Of a DNA stretch of 64,000 nucleotides, positions 1 through 9,687 are shown one piece after another. The stretch spans positions 208,329 through 272,328 of the forward strand of contig CAVTCR010000050.1 of assembly GCA_963733195.1 (NCBI GenBank). The letters run 5' to 3'. How positions within the stretch are numbered: position 1 is the stretch's first letter; every line of letters starts with the position of its first letter. The notes below the pieces were generated by a model. It searched no databases and had not been told where the DNA came from. It saw nothing but the letters and a program-made list of their open reading frames with translations. The translations under genes and the position numbers were made by a program. The stretch is from an uncultured delta proteobacterium (GTDB lineage: Bacteria > Desulfobacterota > Binatia > Bin18).

Positions 1-263
1 TGTCGTCATCCAGCTCTCGCGCCTGAGTGACGGCACTCGTAAACTGGTCGAATTCTCTGAGGTGACGGGCATGGAGGGCCAAACGATTACTACCCAGTTG
101 ATCTTTCGCTTCGATCAGACCGGGATTGAGAATGGTAAAGTCCTCGGAGACTTCACTGCCACTGGTGTCCGCCCTGCTTTTCTCGACCGTTTAGAGCGGT
201 ATGGGCAGAAAGTACCGAGCAGTTACTTTACACCGCTGAACCATCAAGAAGAGAGCGATATGA
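1..263 (+). CDS. cpaF: CpaF/TadA pilus assembly ATPase, C-terminal end (partial; as sequenced it reads in-frame into TadB)
   Basis: Frame 2 from base 2 reads VVIQLSRLSDGTRKLVEFSEVTGMEG...FTATGVRPAFLDRL, the typical CpaF C-terminus; directly upstream of tadB/tadC. Confidence 0.85.
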
Positions 264-1228
264 CGATTTTTCTCCTCGCCATTCTTGCGTTCCTTGCGCT
301 CTCGAGTTTGTTCGTTGCCATCATTCTGTTGACGCAAGCGGCAGAGAGTTCACCGCAGACCCGAATTCGTAAACGTATCACTACCCTGGGCTCCAGCTCC
401 ATAGGCGCTAGTACCCCACTGCTCAAAGATTCGCTCTATAGCGAGATTCCCAGTTTCCATCGGTTGCTCTCCGGTGTTCAAATAGCAAAGAATTTGGATC
501 TTCTCCTAGATCGCGCTAATCTAAACATCGGCGTCGGCTTGTTTATCCTTTTGTCATTCTCTACCGCCGCCGTTGCGTTTTCCATTTTGATAACCGTTTT
601 CAATCAACCGAGTGGATTGTCTATGTTCGGCGCAGCTTTGACTGCTATCGGTCCTTATATCTACGTGAAGTATTTAGCACACAAACGGATGCGAAAATTT
701 CTCGAGCAATTACCAGATGGTCTCGATATCATGGCACAAGGGTTAAAAGCTGGACTGGGTCTGAGCCAAGCGCAAGCCTATGTGGCAAAGGAAATGCCAG
801 ATCCGATTGGTACAGAGTTCGCCGTCTTCATGGAGGAATTGAATCTGGGACTTCCAATAAGAGAAGCGCTGGAGAATTTTATTGAACGTCTTCCGCTCCC
901 AGAGATGCGCCTGTTTAGTACCGCCCTCTCCGTTCAGCGTGAAGTTGGTGGGAGCTTAGCCGAACTGTTGAATAATTTGGCAGACGTGATCCGCGAACGG
1001 TTCCGAGTCGAACGCGAGATCAATAGCTTGACGGCGCAAAACCGCATGGCAGCATGGGTGGTATGTTCGCTTCCACCAGTGTTGTTTGCGGGGATGTATA
1101 CTATCAATCCTAAGATGATGAGCGAAGTTGCCGCGAGCGGCGTAGGATGGATCATGTTTATGCTTGCTCTAGTCTTGGAAATTACCGGGATCGTGGTCTT
1201 TCGTCGGCTCTTACGTCTCCATATCTAG
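260..1228 (+). CDS. tadB: Tad pilus inner-membrane platform protein TadB (T2SS F family)
   Basis: N-terminal TM; QLPDGLDIMAQGLKAG, QREVGGSLAELL and LTAQNR motifs; C-terminal TMs. Confidence 0.9.
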   Translation: MTIFLLAILAFLALSSLFVAIILLTQAAESSPQTRIRKRITTLGSSSIGASTPLLKDSLYSEIPSFHRLLSGVQIAKNLDLLLDRANLNIGVGLFILLSFSTAAVAFSILITVFNQPSGLSMFGAALTAIGPYIYVKYLAHKRMRKFLEQLPDGLDIMAQGLKAGLGLSQAQAYVAKEMPDPIGTEFAVFMEELNLGLPIREALENFIERLPLPEMRLFSTALSVQREVGGSLAELLNNLADVIRERFRVEREINSLTAQNRMAAWVVCSLPPVLFAGMYTINPKMMSEVAASGVGWIMFMLALVLEITGIVVFRRLLRLHI

Positions 1229-1245
1229 CCGCCCGCGCAATCGAT

Positions 1246-2178
1246 ATGGAACTTTTGCTTGTCGCGATTGGCACCTTCGGTTTTGTTGGAGGACTCTCCC
1301 TTCTCTTCCTCGCTCCTAAAGTTGACAGTGAAGAGGACATTATTCAGAAGCGCCTGGCTGCCATTAGCGAGGGATCAGCAAGAACCAACGGTCAACTGCT
1401 TATCGATAACTCGGAAAAAACTTTCTGGGAGCAGACGGCAAACTTTTTTCTCGGTGACAAGGAACTCCCTGAACGCTATACGGCAATTGGTCGCACCCTC
1501 CACCAAGCCGGATATTCCGGGGAGCGCGCAATGCGGATCTTTTGGGGGGTCTGTTTTTTCTCGACCATTGCTTTTGCCGCAGCTGCGTTTCTCTTAGCCT
1601 CGATCTCGTTTGCACCGTTCTCTAGTACCCTTATGCTGGTCTTCGCCGCTGCCGGGGTTGGCTATCTCCTGCCACATAGCAATGTTCGCCGCAAGGCGAA
1701 ACAACGCATGCTAGAAATTCGCGAGACCTTCCCTGACACACTCGACCTGTTGGTGATTTGCGTTGAAGCCGGACTTGGAGTTGATAATGCATTAATAAAG
1801 GTCTCCGAAGAACAGCAAGGGCAAGGGTTGGCAGTCGGTGATGAACTCCTCTTGATGACGCGAGAGATGCAAGCCGGCTTGGCGCGGCGTGAAGCGCTCA
1901 CGCGCTTAGCCGACCGCCTCGACCTTGAAGAAGTTCGTGGGCTGACCGCGTTTCTCGTGCAAACCGAAGAGATCGGCGGTAGCATTGCCAGGTCTTTGCG
2001 GATATATGCCGAAACGATGCGACAGAAGCGTATTCAAAAGGCCGAGGAGGCCGCACGGAAGCTGGTCATTAAACTACTCTTCCCATTGGCACTCTGTATC
2101 CTGCCGGCACTGTTCTGTGTAATTTTCGCACCACCAGCAGTGAATATTGCAAAGGTGCTGAAGTACTATACTCACTAG
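1246..2178 (+). CDS. tadC: Tad pilus inner-membrane platform protein TadC
   Basis: FPDTLDLLVICVEAGLG, QTEEIGGSIARSLR and AEEAARKLVIKLLFPL motifs. Confidence 0.9.
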   Translation: MELLLVAIGTFGFVGGLSLLFLAPKVDSEEDIIQKRLAAISEGSARTNGQLLIDNSEKTFWEQTANFFLGDKELPERYTAIGRTLHQAGYSGERAMRIFWGVCFFSTIAFAAAAFLLASISFAPFSSTLMLVFAAAGVGYLLPHSNVRRKAKQRMLEIRETFPDTLDLLVICVEAGLGVDNALIKVSEEQQGQGLAVGDELLLMTREMQAGLARREALTRLADRLDLEEVRGLTAFLVQTEEIGGSIARSLRIYAETMRQKRIQKAEEAARKLVIKLLFPLALCILPALFCVIFAPPAVNIAKVLKYYTH

Positions 2179-2192
2179 AGGACGATGATGTC

Positions 2193-2591
2193 ATGCCGGC
2201 ATTGAATCTAACAAAGAAAACGTGGCTCGCTACTACCGTGAGGAAAGCGGATAACTTCTTTACACGCCTCGTTGGACTCTTGCGTCGTCAGTCACTCGGC
2301 CCGGAAGAAGCGTTGTGGCTTATACCGAGCAAAGGCGTTCACACTATTGGAATGAAGTTTCCCATCGACGTGATCTTCCTTGACCGAACCAATAAAGTCA
2401 TCGCCACAGTTCGGGATTTAGCCCCGCTACGAATTTCACGTCTCCATTTCAGTGCTCATAGCGTTTTGGAACTTCCACGAGGGGCGGTCAACAAATCATC
2501 GACGACCGTCGGTGATCAACTCGAGATTCTGTTGGCTGAGTCGTCAGCCATGGACGATCTCAAAGACACCTTACTGAATAAGGTCACCTGA
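2193..2591 (+). CDS. DUF192 family protein
   Basis: RLVGLL, VHTIGMKFPIDVIFLD and VLELPRG motifs; commonly found in Tad loci. Confidence 0.85.
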   Translation: MPALNLTKKTWLATTVRKADNFFTRLVGLLRRQSLGPEEALWLIPSKGVHTIGMKFPIDVIFLDRTNKVIATVRDLAPLRISRLHFSAHSVLELPRGAVNKSSTTVGDQLEILLAESSAMDDLKDTLLNKVT

Positions 2592-2635
2592 CCTAATTGT
2601 GGAACATACCAGGATTTGGGTTTTTCGCCAACGAT

Positions 2636-2695
2636 GGCAGGCACAGCCTGCCCTACCTTGAATCTGCGGGGACACGTAGGGCGGCTCCGCCCGCC
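2636..2695. repeat. Inverted pair of GTAG-type REP-like hairpins between convergent genes
   Basis: GGCAGGCACAGCCTGCCCTAC followed by GTAGGGCGGCTCCGCCCGCC. Confidence 0.55.
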
Positions 2696-2754
2696 ACTGG
2701 ATGAACAAACCAGAAACCGAACCTTAGTGTAACTTCCATATAGACAAAGTCCAG

Positions 2755-4068
2755 CTAAGAGACAGAAGACGAGCTTTCGTCTTTGAGGTCTTTGAACTCC
2801 GCAAACTTCTCCAGTTTACGGTAGAGCGTTCGCACTGAAATTCCCAAGCGCTTTGCAGCTGAGGCTTTATCTCCGCCCGCTTCCTGCAGCGCTGCACGAA
2901 TCACTTCTCGTTCTGCCTCATCGATGCGGCCCACAACTTTCGCGCTCAGCTCCTCGCGGTGCCCAGTCGCATATTGTTGGAGATGCATAGGAAGGTCACT
3001 TATAGTTATATGCTCGTTGTCTGACACTAAGACAGCACTCTCAACGACATTACGGAGTTCGCGCACATTGCCTGGCCAAGAATAATCCGCCAAGAGGGTT
3101 TGGGCGGACTGGCTGACTTTCTTGGGCGGCTTTTGCATCCGTTGACAGCATTGCAGGGTAAAGTGCTCAACCAACGGCAGGACATCTTCGCGTCGCTCCC
3201 GCAGTGGAGGTAAAATGACACGGGCACTATTGAGCCGATAATAGAGGTCTTCACGAAAGCGCTGTTCCTGGATCGCTCTCTCCATCTGTTTGTTCGTCGC
3301 AGCAATAATACGCACGTCAGCGGTTTTCGGTGTCGATTCACCGACGCGATAAAATTCGCGGCTTTCAAGAAAACGCAGCAACTTTAGTTGTATCGCAAGA
3401 GGCAAGTCACCGATTTCATCAAGAAACAAGCTTCCACCTTCTGCCGTTTCAATTAAGCCTTTTTTATTCCTTTCTGCCCCAGTGAACGCACCTTTTACAT
3501 AGCCAAATAATTCACTCTCCACCAACGTTTCGGGAATCGCCGTCATGTTGCAGGCGACAAGCGGGCCATCCCGTCTGGCGCTGTGCTCGTGAATATAACG
3601 CGCCATGACTTCTTTTCCGGTTCCGGTCTCACCAGTGATAAGCACGGTAATGTCATAGGGGGCATAGCGGTGGACAAGACTAGTGACCTCACGAAATTTT
3701 GCGCTGTCTCCGATGATAAGAGGAATCTGTTGCTCGCTACTTCTAGTAGCCTCCTCTTCTTCGGGTGAATGGAGGTTCAGTAGATACGCCAGATTATGAG
3801 GATAGCGGGGGTGAAAATGGATAAGAATCGTATCCCCACTCCCTCCCTGTATCTGTCGCATAAACTGCTCCCAGTTACTTCCATTGCACAACGTGAGGTC
3901 GAGAAAAATATACTTGAGTTGATCCTTTGGGATACGAGTACAGGTTCGTTCTGTTTCCTCCCAACTGCGGCTGATATGAATGAGGAATTGACGTTCTTCG
4001 AGCAGTTTTTGTATAGCGACCGGAGATGCTCCTGAAGAGTGCACGAGCAAAACTTGATACGCTGTCAT
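2755..4068 (-). CDS. Sigma54-dependent transcriptional activator with degenerate receiver-like N-terminus
   Basis: [35 protein letters not shown]; C-terminal Fis-type HTH. Confidence 0.9.
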   Translation of the reverse strand: MTAYQVLLVHSSGASPVAIQKLLEERQFLIHISRSWEETERTCTRIPKDQLKYIFLDLTLCNGSNWEQFMRQIQGGSGDTILIHFHPRYPHNLAYLLNLHSPEEEEATRSSEQQIPLIIGDSAKFREVTSLVHRYAPYDITVLITGETGTGKEVMARYIHEHSARRDGPLVACNMTAIPETLVESELFGYVKGAFTGAERNKKGLIETAEGGSLFLDEIGDLPLAIQLKLLRFLESREFYRVGESTPKTADVRIIAATNKQMERAIQEQRFREDLYYRLNSARVILPPLRERREDVLPLVEHFTLQCCQRMQKPPKKVSQSAQTLLADYSWPGNVRELRNVVESAVLVSDNEHITISDLPMHLQQYATGHREELSAKVVGRIDEAEREVIRAALQEAGGDKASAAKRLGISVRTLYRKLEKFAEFKDLKDESSSSVS

Positions 4069-4394
4069 AATTCTGTCCGTAGAGGCGAAGGCCTCAGCCC
4101 CGACAATAGACTACATCCAAGAGGGAAGAAAGTGATGTCATCAGCCCCTTCCACACGATACAGTATACACACTTGGTGAAACAATGGCGTAGAGTTGTCA
4201 AGTGATGATAGAACAATCCAACGGAGGAGAAGTTTTCCTGATGACATATCAAGTGACATACGCTACAAAGCAGTCTTAGGTGGTTTCGCCGTAGGGTCGG
4301 CGTTTCTTTCTTCTCTTGCTCGCCATACAACAAGTGAGTGAAACTGCTAAATCTTTTTACAGGACTGCCGTTGGAAAGGGAAGATCAACGCGTC

Positions 4395-5411
4395 ATGATA
4401 CACCGAGATTTAAAACTCACAAAGAGCGTGCTCTTTACTTTGCTCTTCGTCGCAAGTGGTTGTACCGCACAGAAACCCCCTTCCTCTCCTTCCCCTACCG
4501 GGGGAACAACCAGGGTACCAGCCTCGTACTACACTACCTATTATTCTACCCAAAAGGCCCGATCTCTCGGTGAAACGTACAGTGAGAATCTCGATCATAT
4601 TCTCGATCAACTCACTCGGAGTTCAATCGGTCAGTTGCAGTTCGCGAATGCTGTTGTTTCACTGAGTGTAGGATTTTTCACCCACGCCGCGAGTCAGCCT
4701 CCTGACGAGCGATATCTGGAAGCCATCATCGGCATGCCAGATATTTTAGACGAGGAGAAAGATTTTAGTACGCTTGTGGAACAGCTCTTCTCGGATTACG
4801 GCCGTGAACTGTTGTCTACCATGGCGCAGGACGAAACCATTGCCCGCGATACGAAGATCGCAGGATACGGACTCCATTTTTCGTGGAGAAGCCTCCTGAA
4901 GACTCCCTCTGGTCCACGTCTCTCCATGCGCGAGGCAGTTCTCTATCTCGCAAAAAATCAAACGCAACAGTTTCTCAACCAACAAATCACGCAGGACATG
5001 CTCTTGACTCATGCAACACTCTTCTCGCGCCAGGGAGAGCGACCGGCAGAACTGGTTCAATACGTCTCTCCGGCACAATCGCCTCAGCTTCCTTCCCCTA
5101 TCCCACCGGAGAGCCAAGAAGACCCTCCGACTCTTTCTCTTTATGATCCAGAACCACCACAGGAAATACAGCCCTCGCCAATTCCAGAAACAGACGGTCT
5201 CCAATATCCACCCCAACCGGTGGAATCGGTCACCCGTAAGGAGCTGAATACTGCACGGAAAAGTAAGGGCAAATTGCGCGCTTTAACCGCCCCCTCTGCC
5301 GTTGGGCAGAGGAGGCGAATCATCATCCGCCGCCCCTCCCACAACACCACAGCCATCATTCCCATCCCCACAACGGAGGGACACCTATCAACTGATCCCG
5401 CCAGCAGGTAG
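4395..5411 (+). CDS. Hypothetical lipoprotein with Pro-rich C-terminal region (3' end may be frameshifted)
   Basis: Hydrophobic signal ending in lipobox VASGC; long ORF; start uncertain (4338 or 4395). Confidence 0.6.
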   Translation: MIHRDLKLTKSVLFTLLFVASGCTAQKPPSSPSPTGGTTRVPASYYTTYYSTQKARSLGETYSENLDHILDQLTRSSIGQLQFANAVVSLSVGFFTHAASQPPDERYLEAIIGMPDILDEEKDFSTLVEQLFSDYGRELLSTMAQDETIARDTKIAGYGLHFSWRSLLKTPSGPRLSMREAVLYLAKNQTQQFLNQQITQDMLLTHATLFSRQGERPAELVQYVSPAQSPQLPSPIPPESQEDPPTLSLYDPEPPQEIQPSPIPETDGLQYPPQPVESVTRKELNTARKSKGKLRALTAPSAVGQRRRIIIRRPSHNTTAIIPIPTTEGHLSTDPASR

Positions 5412-5442
5412 TGGTTTAGTTTGGTCGACGACATTACGAAAA

Positions 5443-5531
5443 TGGCATTCTGAACGGAGCGGAGTGGAGCATCTCTCCCCTTCGCGCTTTCGCACGAGAG
5501 ATGCTTCGGCACGGGGCTCCTCAGCATGACA
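5443..5531. repeat. REP-like palindromic element
   Basis: GGCATTCTGAACGGAGC...GCATCTCTC...GAGAGATGCTTCG...CTCAGCATGACA nested inverted repeats. Confidence 0.5.
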
Positions 5532-5674
5532 CGGAGCGCGTAGTTTCCTCTTAACCTGGGAAGGGAAACTGAACCGCTACCGAAAATGCTGAAGATTTCT
5601 TCTCAGTGACCGATCGCTCCTCTTATAACACTATCCAAACGGTATGCGTATTTCGGAGAAAGGACACTCCCATC

Positions 5675-6082
5675 ATGGATGAACGTAATCGTCGTGAAAT
5701 GACCCGGGTACCACTACGACTCGATGTCATTCTTCGATCAAAGAGTTCCCCTGCTATGCCCGGAAAAACAACGGACGTCAGCCTCAAAGGCATACACATA
5801 GACTGCGGTAATCCGCTACCAGTGGGTTCTATTTGTCAGCTCACACTTCTCGTTGGCCTTCAGGCTGATCCGATTCGCATTGAACTGGGAGGTACGGTTG
5901 TGCGTGCCGATAAGAATGGGATGGCGGTCGAAATCGAGGACGTATTGCCAATTGATACACTCACACACCTGCAGAACATCATGCGATATAATGCAACCGA
6001 TGGCGATTGTATCGATCAGGAACTCTATACTCGCGTCAGTCGGAGGTGGGGGCAGGCGGTTTCCGATGATCTCCTGAAGTAA
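5675..6082 (+). CDS. PilZ domain protein (c-di-GMP receptor type)
   Basis: RxxxR (RREMTR) and DxSxxG (DVSLKG) motifs. Confidence 0.85.
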   Translation: MDERNRREMTRVPLRLDVILRSKSSPAMPGKTTDVSLKGIHIDCGNPLPVGSICQLTLLVGLQADPIRIELGGTVVRADKNGMAVEIEDVLPIDTLTHLQNIMRYNATDGDCIDQELYTRVSRRWGQAVSDDLLK

Positions 6083-6158
6083 ACCACAACCAATTATCTG
6101 TTGACGTTTCGTAATCGAAGACTTGTGAGTGAAAACGTTAGTTAACGAACGTTCCTCA

Positions 6159-8135
6159 TCACTCGACTTCTGTGTGTGAATCAGTCTCACGAGAGCGCCC
6201 TTGCCTGACGCTCTCAGCCTGCGGTTCCTGACGTTTAAGTTGTTTGGAATTGCGCGTATTTTGTCCAGTACTAGCCTTGCTCGCTTTACTTGGTGATGGA
6301 GCAGTATTTGCCTCCTTGCTGGAAGTCGTACCTGCCGACCCATTCCCCCACCACCCTTCCGACAACGGCTTCATGAGCGTCAGACCAACTACGATACATA
6401 ACACCAAAGTTGCTCCGATTATCTGGCGCCTGTTCATCCGAGCAATTACAGAACGGAGCCGCCATAAGGCCAACTGACTGGGCGATATCGAGGAACGACG
6501 CAGTTGCTGCACGATCTGGAAGAGGGACTGCCGAGCTCCTGTTTCTGCACCAGGATCTGTTCCTGATTCCTTCTTGAGAGCAGCAACCATCTCTTCAATT
6601 ATATGAGGAGAAATTTTCTCCTGGCCCGTTGCATAAGCAGCCACCATCGCATTGTTACATATGGCATTGATTTGCTGGGGGACCGCTTCGGAGTGCTGAG
6701 CGATCATCTCAATCACTTCCGGAGCAAATAAATCGTGTTGGTTCCAGCCGGCTGCACGAAACCGATGGTGAATAAATATATCAATTTCTTTTTTGCGGAG
6801 CGGAGTTACACGGCAGCGGACAGCGAGACGTTCCTGAATCCATCTCAATTCTTTGCGGCCGAGTTTCACCTCTAGCTCAGGACGCGCGACGAGGACAATC
6901 TGTAATAACTTGCCGTGGGGCCCTTCGAGGTCAAGAAGTTGTGGGAGCTTCTTCAATGCCTCAGGAGAAAGGTTGTGGGCATTATCAAGAACAAGAACTT
7001 CAGTCCCTCCCCGATACGTCCAGGCCCAGAGGGCATCTTCAATCGCCTCAAGCTTCACTTTCTCATCGTCAGTATTAGTGAAACGTAGTGACAATTGGTC
7101 ACAGAGGGTGGAGAGCAACATCTCAAAGGTTGTATTTGGCGCGTCACATGCAACCTCGTGAACTGTTTCTTCCAGGGAATTCGTCAATAAATGAATAAGC
7201 TTTGTCTTTCCTGTTCCTGGTTTTCCCAGAAGAGCAATGAGGCCCTTTCTTTCACGAATCGCGTTCAGAATACTCTTATATGCCTCCTCATACACGGCAT
7301 TGGTGTAAAAGAAGCGTGGATCAGAAGCAAAAATGGTCTTAAAGACATCTGGGTCCAGTGAAACACTCTGGGGAAGCATTTGGTGTACCGCAGACCGGAC
7401 TCTAGTCAAATGAACCGGAAGTGGAGAAGCTTGCGCCCAAGCGGAAGTGACATCGCTCACCTGTACGCGCGGACTCCCCTTCGCTACCTGATAAAGTTGT
7501 TTCTCCGTCACCTCCAGACACGACAACTTCCCCCCATACACTAAGCCCGTATCAAGCCCCACCTTGTACGGTAACTCAAACCGCACCGCCCGATGCGGCG
7601 TGTGCCCAAAGACCACCGTGTACGGCAAAAGGTGCGTATTGGTTAGGAATTCCTGCCGAATCCACAACATCTCCTCTACAGTCTGTTCCGCTAACGGTAA
7701 CAGCGGATTGACCCCAGCATGGACACAGAGGACCTTGTCGACCACGGTAAACGTTTCGAGTTCCTGGAAAAACTGCAGGTGCTCGGGGGGCAACCTGTCC
7801 GCTACCTCTTGCCCACTCACTCCTTGCGGCACCCGATAACTCCGCAATGTCGCCTGCCCTCCATTGTCAAGGAACCCCTCCCCAAAATGTCCTTCCTTGC
7901 CAAGAAAGTCGAGGAACATATCTTCATGGTTCCCTTTAAGACAGGTCAACTGATAGTTTCTCTCAGCCTTGAGCCGCAACAGAAAATCCACCACCTCCCG
8001 GGACCCTGGTCCGCGATCGATGTAATCGCCGAGGAACACGAGCCGGTCGTCTGGCTGCAGTGGCAACCCCGCCACTAAAACTTCCAGCTCTTGAGCACAC
8101 CCATGAATGTCCCCAACAATGTACACTCGCTCCAT
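6159..8135 (-). CDS. Fusion of PPP-type metallophosphoesterase, ExeA/GspA-like AAA domain and C-terminal TM helix
   Basis: GDIHG, GDYIDRG, GNHE, VHAG, FGHTP, DTG motifs; then DPRFFY, Walker A GKPGTGKT, LDNAHNL, LQIVLVARPEL; hydrophobic IIGATLVLCIVVGLTLM. Confidence 0.8.
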   Translation of the reverse strand: MERVYIVGDIHGCAQELEVLVAGLPLQPDDRLVFLGDYIDRGPGSREVVDFLLRLKAERNYQLTCLKGNHEDMFLDFLGKEGHFGEGFLDNGGQATLRSYRVPQGVSGQEVADRLPPEHLQFFQELETFTVVDKVLCVHAGVNPLLPLAEQTVEEMLWIRQEFLTNTHLLPYTVVFGHTPHRAVRFELPYKVGLDTGLVYGGKLSCLEVTEKQLYQVAKGSPRVQVSDVTSAWAQASPLPVHLTRVRSAVHQMLPQSVSLDPDVFKTIFASDPRFFYTNAVYEEAYKSILNAIRERKGLIALLGKPGTGKTKLIHLLTNSLEETVHEVACDAPNTTFEMLLSTLCDQLSLRFTNTDDEKVKLEAIEDALWAWTYRGGTEVLVLDNAHNLSPEALKKLPQLLDLEGPHGKLLQIVLVARPELEVKLGRKELRWIQERLAVRCRVTPLRKKEIDIFIHHRFRAAGWNQHDLFAPEVIEMIAQHSEAVPQQINAICNNAMVAAYATGQEKISPHIIEEMVAALKKESGTDPGAETGARQSLFQIVQQLRRSSISPSQLALWRLRSVIARMNRRQIIGATLVLCIVVGLTLMKPLSEGWWGNGSAGTTSSKEANTAPSPSKASKASTGQNTRNSKQLKRQEPQAESVRQGRSRETDSHTEVE

Positions 8136-8920
8136 TGCTTCGTGCCTTTTACTTCCCTGCTGACGGTGTTGCTATCCCTTCAGAAAGTTTCGTCTGCGCC
8201 CAAGCGGAAGTGACATCGCTCACCTGTACGCGCGGACTCCCCTTCGCTACCTGATAAAGTTGTTTCTCCGTCACCTCCAGACACGACAACTTCCCTCCAT
8301 ACACTAAGCCCGTATCAAGCCCCACCTTGTACGGTAACTCAAACCGCACCGCCCGATGCGGCGTGTGCCCAAAGACCACCGTGTACGGCAAAAGGTGCGT
8401 ATTGGTTAGGAATTCCTGCCGAATCCACAACATCTCCTCTACAGTCTGTTCCGCTAACGGTAACAGCGGATTGACCCCAGCATGGACACAGAGGACCTTG
8501 TCGACCACGGTAAACGTTTCGAGTTCCTGGAAAAACTGCAGGTGCTCGGGGGCAACCTGTCCGCTACCTCTTGCCCGCTCACTCCTTGCGGCACCCGATA
8601 ACTCCGCAATGTCGCCTGCCCTCCATTATGCAAAAACGCGTCACCATAGTGGCCAGGTAGTCCGATAAAGTCGAGGAACATATCTTCATGGTTCCCTTTG
8701 AGACAGGTCAACTGATAGTTTCTCTCAGCCTTGAGCCGCAATAGGAAGTCTATAACTTCTTGAGACTCCAATCCACGATCGATGTAATCGCCGAGGAACA
8801 CGAGCCGGTCGTCTGGCTGCAGTGGCAACCCCGCCACTAAAACTTCCAGCTCTTGAGCACACCCATGAATGTCCCCAACAATGTACACTCGCTCCATTGC
8901 TTCGTGCCTTTTACTTCCCT
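7432..8920. repeat. Tandem direct repeat of about 727 bp (7432-8158 and 8195-8920) covering the phosphatase domain and its upstream region
   Basis: Near-identical by direct comparison except two short divergent patches. Confidence 0.95.
8149..8897 (-). CDS. Stand-alone PPP-type metallophosphoesterase (Ser/Thr phosphatase-like); frameshift at G-run 8548-8552
   Basis: Same motifs as the fused copy; has G5 where the twin has G6 (7785-7790), consistent with a homopolymer error. Confidence 0.85.
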
Positions 8921-9687
8921 TTATACACCGGTTCTCGCTTTTCTAAAAAGGCAGCGACGCCTTCACGACAATCTTCGGTCTTGGTCATCCGGCGTTGTTC
9001 ATTCATTTCCGCTGTCAGTGTATCGTCAAGACTGCTTGCCAGAGCTTTGTGAATTGACGCTTTTATTGCAGCCAAGGCCAATGGCGCATTCTTTGCCAAG
9101 CGTTCGGCGTAAGTTACTACGTAGGCTTGAAACTCGGCTTCAGCAACCACATGGTTCACGAGCCCTATGCGAAACGCCTCTTCAGCATTCACCATATCGC
9201 CCGTTAACGCCATTTCCATCCCACGCAGACCAGCAAGTCGTGGGAGGAAATAGCTAGCGCCGCCATCGAGTGTCAGTCCCCGCTTAACGAAAAGGAGGGA
9301 AAACCGCGCAGCCGGAGAAGCCAGGCGGACATCAGCAGCTAGGGCAAGAGAACAACCGTAACCGGCCGCTACGCCACCAACAGCAGCAATCACCGGCTTC
9401 GGTAAGTTCCAGAGGGCTCGAATTGTCGCGTTAAATCCGTCCTCGAGAAGGTCTTCGTTCGCAGGAGCCGATTCGCTTTGCCCGGATCGTAGATCAGCTC
9501 CCGAACAAAATGCACTGCCTGCCCCGGTTAACACCACTACTCGTGTGTCTGTGTCTTTGCCGCTTTCAGTAAGGTGCTCACGGAGAGCAAGGATCGTCTC
9601 ACGGTCAAGCGCATTCTTCCGCTCGGGTCGATTAATCGTGATCCAATGCACCCGCGATTGTTTTTCGCTCAAGACAACACCATTCAT
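8911..9687 (-). CDS. Enoyl-CoA hydratase/isomerase (crotonase family)
   Basis: INRPERKNAL, FCSGADL, AAGYGCSLALAADVR, EGVAAFLEKREP. Confidence 0.92.
   Translation of the reverse strand: MNGVVLSEKQSRVHWITINRPERKNALDRETILALREHLTESGKDTDTRVVVLTGAGSAFCSGADLRSGQSESAPANEDLLEDGFNATIRALWNLPKPVIAAVGGVAAGYGCSLALAADVRLASPAARFSLLFVKRGLTLDGGASYFLPRLAGLRGMEMALTGDMVNAEEAFRIGLVNHVVAEAEFQAYVVTYAERLAKNAPLALAAIKASIHKALASSLDDTLTAEMNEQRRMTKTEDCREGVAAFLEKREPVYKGK

Noticed and set aside
7432-8920. Diversity-generating retroelement template/variable repeat pair
   Set aside because: Differences are not adenine-specific, both copies are coding, and there is no reverse transcriptase in the window.
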